Shown here piece by piece: positions 55,306-64,000 of a stretch of DNA of 64,000 nt. The translations under genes and the position numbers were made by a program. Below the pieces are notes generated by a model. The model did not search any database. It was not told the DNA's origin and saw nothing but the letters and a program-made list of their open reading frames with translations. Source of the DNA: Octopus sinensis (Eukaryota); the NCBI RefSeq assembly GCF_006345805.1, contig NC_043009.1, positions 54,126,001 through 54,190,000 of the forward strand, in the 5' to 3' direction. Numbering within the stretch: the first letter of the stretch is position 1; each line of letters begins with the position of its first letter.

Positions 55306-55746
55306 ATTAATTTAAATTATAATACACCAAGGGAACTAGAGTATACTAAAGCGTACTATTCGAAGTAACGCGCAATTTGAACCAGCCTCTTCGGCGTAAA
55401 TGCTGATATGTTTGGTTTTCTGTGTGTACGCAACCGAAATATCCTCTCTGATATTTCGAATCTCACCTACTATAGGCTTGAACCACAGAGATTAGCCTGG
55501 TGCATACGTTTTCAAGTACCTGATTATATCTGAATCCTCATCTACATGTGCTTATGTTAGCAAATATATCTCTGACAGGCGACAGAAACCGTGTCGCCTG
55601 GAATAGACCCGATACTATATTTAAATAAATTAGATAAACTTAGACTTAGATATGTTTCGACCAAAAATTAGTCCAGGCCATGTCTAACTTAATAGCACCA
55701 CCTGATAGGATTATTCGAATCCTGTTTAAGTCAAGTTTTGTTTAAG

Positions 55747-55833
55747 TCAAGTTTTGTTCAAGAAGTGAGTTCTTGTTGGGTGAGTTGTATCAAGTTTTGT
55801 TCAAGTAGTGAGTTCTTGTTGGGTGAGTTGTAT
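55747..55833. repeat. ~43-bp direct tandem duplication
   Basis: TCAAGTTTTGTTCAAG(A/T)AGTGAGTTCTTGTTGGGTGAGTTGTA twice. Confidence 0.85.
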
Positions 55834-56033
55834 CCAATTATGGGTGGCTTATCTGGTATTTTTTGAAGGAATCTATCCAGACTCAAATCTTGTTTCATTG
55901 CTTTTACATATAAACATAACGGAAATAATTATCAATACAAGCATGCACACACACACACACAAACACATATATAAGGATTTATAAATATTTATATGTATAC
56001 ATACATACACACACACATATATCCATATATATG

Positions 56034-56096
<63 letters not shown>

Positions 56097-56148
56097 TTGT
56101 ATGTATATGCATACAGAGATAGATGGATAGATAGATAGATAGATAGAC

Positions 56149-56203
<55 letters not shown>

Positions 56204-56253
56204 CCTCCGTGCATACACACACACACTATGTATATGTATACATATATATATAT

Positions 56254-56299
<46 letters not shown>

Positions 56300-56965
56300 T
56301 AATTTTAAGGGTAATATATGGATTCATAGAATTGTATGGCTATAAATATCTGACACTGGTATATATGTGTGTTTGTGTGTGTGCGTGTTTGTGTGCGGGT
56401 GAGTGTGAATGTATGTGTGTGCGTGTGTGTGTCTATATACATACATATATACGCATGTATGTAAATATATATATGAATATATATATACATGCACCTATAT
56501 ATGTAAGTATGTATATATGCATAATCATTTTTATAAGTGTCAAATTTTTAAGAATTCCACGATGTAATATTCATCATTAAATCTCGCGATAGAGACATCG
56601 AACAACGAGATTGCTTTATTATTTGTACTCTGTAGGCTTCGTGCATGCCTTATCATTGCTCATTGTTACATTGTAATGTAGATTGTTGACGGTGAACAAT
56701 AGTCTCTTGAATCGAAGTGCTTTTAGAAAAAAGAATAATAGATAGATGTTAAAAGAACAAAAACAAAAACAGAATAAAAAAACCGGATGCATACATACTT
56801 TCATACATACATATCTCTCTCCCTCTCTCTCTCTTCCTCTCTTTCACTCTCTCGATATGTATATGTATATGTATGCAACGTTAGCAACTATCCCCTTTCA
56901 CCAAGCGTCAAATTGACAACATATTTTTCTGTCTTTTAATTCTTTTAATTATATATATATATATA

Positions 56966-57352
56966 TGGTAAGTAGCTTGCTAACCAGCCACATGGTTCGG
57001 TTCAGTCCCACTGCGTGGCATCTTGGGCAAGTGTCTTCTGCTATAGCCTCGGCCGACCAATGCCTTATGAGTGGATTTGGTAGACGGAAACTGAAAGAAG
57101 CTTGTCGTATATTGTATATATATATAATATATGTATGTGTGTGTATCGATTTGGTCGCCCCTAGCATTGCTTGACAACCGATGCTGGTGTGTTTACGTCC
57201 CCGTCAATTAGCGGTTCGGCAAAGAGACCGATAGAATAAGTACTGGGCTTACAAAGAATAAGTCGCGGGGTCGATTTGGTCGACTAAAGGCGGTGCTCCA
57301 GCATGGCCGCACTCAAATGACTGAAACAAGTAAAAGATAAAAGATAAAAGAT
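56966..57352 (+). mobile_element. SINE family A, near full length
   Basis: High similarity to the 11005-11417 copy. Confidence 0.88.
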
Positions 57353-57489
57353 ATATATAAATATATATATATATTATATATATATATGCATATATATACA
57401 CACACACATATATATATATATAAATATATGCTTGTACATAAATATGTGTGTTTGTGTATTTATGTGTAGGTGCGTGTGGTCTCCAATTT

Positions 57490-58325
57490 TGTCTCGAGGC
57501 CAAGGGATAGAGATGCAGGAAAAGCAGTAAAATGTGGCAACCGATGTAGACTTTGTGGAGATGATACCGAAGTTATCACCCACGCTACAAGCAGTTATTC
57601 AAAAATGTCATCCCGGTGTTATCTACCCCTGAGGCATGATGTTGTAGCTAGGATACTCTATAATGAAATCCGTCAGAAGAGTAACGCCAAAGACAAAGAA
57701 ATAGGAACCGACGCTATGATAGAAGCCATAGTCAGTCAGTAGAGGCGGAATGTCCCAGTCAAGACCTCACTAAAATATATGCACAACAGACCTGATATAA
57801 TGATTTGGGATAGAGAAGAGAAACTGTGCGAAGCAGTGGGAACTAGCTGCCTAGCGGATGTTAACTTAAAGCTGACGATCAATGAAAAAGAGAATACCTA
57901 CGTTGAACTATTGAGAAATCTGAAGTTACTCTGTCCAGATTACAACTTCAAGTTTATACCTGTAATTATTGAGGATATGTGACACACTCCCTAACTCCCT
58001 AACTGGAGAATTTAGAGGCCTAAATTCTCAAGAAAAGGGGAAAGATGATTCAAAACTACAGATCCACTCCATCACTGGAACTCAAAATCTGTAAAACTTT
58101 CCAGAAGGTTATTATTTAAGTATATATGAGCTTGTCTAGATATGCAAATATATGCATGAGAATACATACATAAAAAAACATACAAGTCTGTTCATATACA
58201 TTCATACGCATTAAAAAAAAACCCTGTTGCTGATGTTGAAATTCCAATGAAGGAGCCCTGGATTTAGTTTAGAAATCAACTTTTTCTCTATTGGCAAAAA
58301 ATCTTAAAATAAAACTAAGTAATGA
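57490..58325 (+). mobile_element. 5'-truncated RLE non-LTR retrotransposon (second family) ending in (TACA)n
   Basis: CRLCGDDTEVITH…LPLRHDVVAR (zinc knuckle and RHD) and HNRPDIMIWDREEK (RLE PD motif), then a 3' UTR and (ATAC)n at 58327-58445. Confidence 0.82.
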
Positions 58326-58415
58326 TATACATACATACATACATACATACATACATACATACATACATACATACATACATACATACATACATACATACAT
58401 ACATACATACATACA

Positions 58416-58449
<34 letters not shown>

Positions 58450-59414
58450 CACACTCACGCACATCTTTCATTATGTGATGACATCAATGAAGTCATCAAA
58501 CTGAAGGCTGTCGCGTATCCTACAACAATGCAAAATTATTCCGTTCTTGATTGAAACTATGGTTAAATAAAAAAAACACACATCTTTACCTACAGAACAG
58601 CTTATCATTTCAGACATGTCTAAGTGTCAGGCCTTAAGGAAAAATGAGAACCCGTTAATCATTTCCTGCTGAAGCCAAATGCACTTTCTTCTTTATGGAA
58701 ATTCGCTGCACTCGAAGATGGCCTAGAAGCAAAGTGAAGTATATAAAAGTGTTTTTTTCTTTCTTTGTTTTATTGGCACACGAATTGTGATTGACACTAG
58801 AAAAACAATGCTAACGATTCCGGATTTCTATATCGCATTTGCAATCAACTGTGTTTAGATAAAAATAAATATCCTTGATTATCTGACAACTCTGCCTAAT
58901 TCGTCCATCTTATAACATAGTTGTTGTAAATGTACATTGGAGAAAATAGTATTCCTTTATCGATCAGTACTACATGTTAAATACAGAAGTATGTTGTGCC
59001 AATGGTAAAAGTTCACATTGAGTAAAATCTGGTATGTAACAACTGAGAGTAGCGAGATTAATAATGACAGCAGCTATGCATTAGATTATATTTCAACTTC
59101 GTTCTTTGTATAAGTGAAGAAATTCTTTAAGTACATTAAAATGAACTGCTTCAGCAAAATTCTCCAGGTGAATACCAGTTTTCCATAGTTACTCGATTAC
59201 ATCGGTAAATTAAGCATATAATCGTTAAACCAGTCTAATGATAAAGAAGCAATATGAACTATTAAGTGACCAACAAATGATGATTTATATAAGCACTCGC
59301 ATTTTTTTTAAAAATTCGGTAAACATCTATTATAGTCCTACGCCGAACAATAACTTGTGAGTGAAGTTGGTAGAGGCGAAAACTGAGTAGAAGTCTGCTG
59401 TGTATATATATATT

Positions 59415-59486
<72 letters not shown>

Positions 59487-59521
59487 TAGATATAAATGCA
59501 CACACACATACACACTCACGC

Positions 59522-60362
59522 GGAGGGTTCGATGGGTAAATCGTTGTCATGTTATATTTTAAATTTCGCGCATGCGTATTGTTTGTTTTGGATTTTCGAC
59601 TACACAGCATAGTAGGGTCATTTGGGCACCATATATGAGAAAAGCAGCACCATGACGCAATTCACACTACCAGAAATTTGGAAACAGCACGCTGTACTAC
59701 TTAGCATTCGCGCCCGAAACTGCAATACGAGCAAGTTGTTGAGTGTCAATATGAGGGCATGTACCGAGAGTAATAAAATCAAATAGCCAGTCAACATAGT
59801 GATGTTTAGAGTGATCGCTAGCGATGGCAACGTTATGCCCCATTCGTCATCCCACACGGCCTCAGACTGAACATGGAGGCCTATATCAAGTGCCTGGAGG
59901 AGTTAGTGCTTCTCTGAGTCAAGAGAGTGACTGCGGGAAGATCCTATGTCTGGCAAAAGCAGGAGCACTCAGTCATGGCTGTCAGACAATTTCTGCAGCC
60001 ACATAACCCCTAACATCTGGCCAACTAATTCAACAGACTACAACCCCATTGATTATTATGTGTGGGGTGCAATTGAGCGAGAGACCAACAAAATTCCTTG
60101 TAACACCAAAGATGAACTGAAGGAAAGGATTACGGTAGTATTCACCATCTTAAACAAGGAGACCGTTAAGAAGAGTTTCAGGAAATTCCGAAGTCGTCTG
60201 GTGGCCGTGGTTGGAGCTAATGGCAATTTTATTGAATATATTTACTCTTTAGTATTTCAATATATTTCTATTTAATTTTACTAAATATATCTGCGAAAAT
60301 GAGATGTGGGTGTTATTTTCATTTTTACATAATTTAGATGACAGTTTATTCACCGCACCCTG
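59522..60362 (+). mobile_element. maT/mariner-like (IS630-Tc1-mariner) element, internally deleted
   Basis: WLSDNFCSHITPNIWPTNSTDYNPIDYYVWG…RSRLVAVVGANGNFIE. Right TIR ACAGTTTATTCACCGCACCCTG followed by TA; degenerate left TIR near 59522-59550. Confidence 0.8.
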
Positions 60363-62249
60363 TATATGCAATAACCGAATTTAAATACCCCGAGAAGTGC
60401 AAGGCAAGAAGAGAAAGGCGCCAATCTAGGAAATAAATGTATATCAGGATACAATATTCATCGTTATTGCAAATCTAGAACAAATTAAAATATCGAGAAA
60501 ATAGTTATTGACTTGGAAAAACCAATTTATCGATGAAATTAAATATATTTATCATGGGATTCTTAGAAACATAGACTCTTGGGAATCTATGTTTGGAATC
60601 TATGTAAGTATTAGATCAAATTATTATATAGTTTGATTATTCATCTACCTTAGTGGTTAAAACTTAAAGGTTTTAGGCAATATTCTTGTTGAATCTTGAC
60701 TTTCCATCTTCGAATCCTACCTCTTTTAAATCAGAATCTAGTAGAAAAGATGCAATGGATTAACATTCCATAATCGAAAATAAAAGGAAGTGGGAAATAT
60801 TTTGGGTTAATAAGATATTTGTAGTTTATATCAAAATTCGCAGTCTCATTTGAAAGTCTGCTTTGAGAAAAAGAAATAGTGTTTTTAGTTGGGGAATGCA
60901 TCAATTACAGATCTTGTAAGCCTCTTGTAAAATACACTACTTTTCATAAATTTTCTATTGCATATGAAACAACTTCTGCTGCTGGTACTTAAGAATTTAC
61001 AATGGCATAAATAATGTCTGAAACTGAAAAACCAAATCATGCGTAGGTCAAACACTTGGAAGCATCTATTTAGTGGTATGGAGTGTTGAAATATTGAGAT
61101 ATTTTCATTTAATTTAATCTTCCATAAGGGTGACTAATCATCACCCATGTTAATTGCTTTCTTCTGTTTTTCTTTTATTTGTTTCAAAGAAACTTGATGT
61201 TTTCAGGTGAGACTACTAGGTGCGACATTCTATTATTAAAAATGGTTTCGAAATGCTTTCTAAATTCGCATGCTTAGTAAAACCAGCAGTCGCGTTGGTG
61301 CTCTTAAAATTGGACAAAATTTCGACTGAAATCAACTCAATGTACTTTTTTTTACAGATGCATGACAACCTGTAACAGCTGATTTTAGTAACTATTTTAG
61401 TACAATTTGCAGACATTCATCTGGATTGATTTTAGCTAATGATCTTTCCTTTAATAAAAACAGTTCATATTCACCTCAACATTATAAGGAAAAAGTTTTT
61501 TCTCCACTCGTGACATGCTTTCGAGTGTATGGTAAGCACTGACAAAACAAAGAGTTTGCAATTCTTGGCAAAATTTGTATAGATTTTGTAGATTATGTCA
61601 CAGCTATTGTGTCATATATGCTGAATTCAGATTTAGAGTTATTCCTTCTACTTTTAATAACCCGAAGCCCAGCTTTAAGTAAGACTACATATACAGTAGC
61701 GACATGTATTAGATGCAGGAAATAAGTTAATCATTGCTGATTCAGTATGTATTTGATATGAAGCCTATTTAAGTTACAACAGAAAGTAAGAAAGCGTAAA
61801 GGAACATTTATTTTCCTTCTTTAGTTTCTCTCGTTTCAATGACCGTAGTTTGAGGCAGAGAAATGGCTGGTTAAACCGACATGGTTGCAAGGAAATTGAA
61901 AGTTCTACTCACATTCCATTATGTAATGATGCAACAGAACGTGTTATGTAAACAATTAAGTCTCTATTAAAAGGTTACAGTCTATCAATTGGAAATGTTA
62001 TTGAGTATTTGTTAAAGGTTCTTTTCCACTTGCGTAGTGAATGTGTATATGTAAGTTACATCAATCTGGGAAATTATTCGGCAGACATGTTAAGCGTAAA
62101 AGTAAATCGTTTTTACGAGATGTACAAATGTTTCGTTGGAAGGATGAGAGAAGGAATTTTCCCACAGGAGCATGCTATCTGATTTATGATAGCAGAACCA
62201 CAACCTTGAATAACTTGTAGATGAAAAAGCTGAGTTAGTGTCAGTTGAG

Positions 62250-63560
62250 AAATATCCCTCAAATAGCTTTCCCCAAGCACATTAACTGATCATGATAATG
62301 TTATCAAAGGGACATCATGATCAACTCCCGTTTCCTGTTCAACAACCGATGCATCATAATGTTCCAGTAAAGTAATCATTATAACAGATTATCGTCATGA
62401 ATAGTAGAACTGCCACTTGCTAATATTCAATTTCCAACATTTCCTAAGCAATCCTGGCAGCAACGTCATAATATAGCAATATCACTGTTCAAACTGCAGA
62501 ATCCCCAAAGGAATTCGCAAGCCACAAAGATAAATTAATTAACACAATACCTAAGGATGTTGTATTCATAATGACCCAAACAATGACATATTTTTCTCTG
62601 TATGATATCATAAATATATAATACAGAGGAAAACTAGCAACAGACAGCACATTAAACACTTAACATGACAAAATCCCAACGTCGCTCCAAACACCCAGAC
62701 GAACAGACCTAACAGAAAATACAAAAACCATCATGGCTTCTGGTGCAACCAAATCTGGGACTCGAACATCTCATCCAACATTGCAAAACAAGTCTTCGCT
62801 GCATTCGATCATTGGTTCCCTAAAGACAGCAAAATATCCGACCGTCACACTATAAAACTGTCCCATGATGACTTATTAAAAATGGAGCATCATATTCATA
62901 GGATGCTCACAATAACCCAAAAAAATTGACTATGACTCATATAACCAACCTACAGACAATGCTAATACCACCCAATTAGTGCATCAACGTGATAATGACA
63001 CGAAGTGTAATACCAACCAACCGATAGGAGACAACAGTAATATCTACAATAATTAACCAACGTTTCACACCAGCAACAATTCAAACAATAGCACGAACAC
63101 ACCCAGAAATAGTAATAATAATAGGATAACCATCACCAGGAATATACTGAATAAAACCAATCCATCTAATGTTCGCTGCACAAAAGCAAACAAAAGAACC
63201 AACCAATTATGCTCATGCAGAGACAGATCCAAAAGTCCCATGAACAATCAGTGTATGACCAGAAATGTGGTGTATACGTATATATCGGTGAATCGGCCGA
63301 TATATTCAAATATCGATATCGCAACCACATTGCCAGCTTTCAAAAAATCCTTAAATGGCTTGTACATCACTGGGCGATTTTATCTAGAGATTCAAGAGAG
63401 AGAAGACAAAAATGACATGACCTGATCCATAATTAGATATGCGAGTCCCTACACCACAGCAATCTAAACTACACTTAACTGGTGTAAACCTAACAATCAC
63501 AGCCCGTATCAATCCTCCCGAATTAAAACCTCATATATTGATAAAGATCGGAATGACATG
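62250..63560 (+). pseudogene. Degenerate Penelope-like RT / GIY-YIG
   Basis: MINSRFLFN (RT), IAKQVFAAFDHWFPKDSK (thumb), CSCRDRSKSP..NQCMTRNVVY and YIGESADIFKYRYRNHIASF (GIY-YIG). Confidence 0.7.
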
Positions 63561-63817
63561 TATTTAGAAATGTAACTTTGCAATCCATAAGAGTATATCT
63601 ATATATGTATGTGAATGGATATATACATATGTTTGTGTGCGTGTGTGTTTGTCTTCGTGTGTGTGACTGGATCTATGAATGCATCTATATATATATATAT
63701 CTTTATGCACGTGTGTATATGTATATATGTGCATATGCGGATGTGTACGTGCATATATGTGTTTATGTATATATGTATATCTACATTTCTCCTGTTTTCC
63801 ATTATCTTTCGTTGTTA

Positions 63818-63850
<33 letters not shown>

Positions 63851-63880
63851 TACATACATACATTCATATATACATACATA

Positions 63881-63915
<35 letters not shown>

Positions 63916-64000
63916 TATTTATATTATTCTTTAATTGAACGCCACGCATCCATTTCCAAGTAAGTTTATCTTACCCTTTTTAATATAACTCTATACTCTT

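Noticed and set aside
55640-55685. Hammerhead-like GACTAA/TTGGTC-GAAA-CATA-TC on the minus strand
   Set aside because: The core is reduced to CUG and there is no convincing stem I.

Overview
AT-rich, microsatellite-saturated eukaryotic DNA. The SINE families and repeat load resemble an octopus (coleoid cephalopod) genome; this is my inference, not confirmed. I could not support any intact host protein-coding gene, and most ORFs in the track are translated microsatellites. The window is a transposon graveyard. It holds a near full-length but broken R4/Dong-like RLE non-LTR retrotransposon sitting in an (AAT)n tract (7007-10302), and two 3' fragments of a second RLE family tied to (TACA)n tracts. 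It also has a Tc1 and a maT/mariner element with internal deletions, several MITEs, many copies of three or four tRNA-derived SINE families, several Penelope-like element (PLE) remnants, and faint Gypsy RNase H and RTE traces. The most notable signal is a set of minimal type I hammerhead ribozyme motifs with palindromic stem III. One has a fully canonical core (5491-5577, minus strand). Three lie inside related ~200-bp non-coding elements embedded in or next to (TA)n tracts (41004-41210, 42879-43077, 46572-46745). A degenerate pair flanks a PLE end (2740-3420). Together they suggest a microsatellite-targeted, retrozyme-like family of non-autonomous self-cleaving retroelements.
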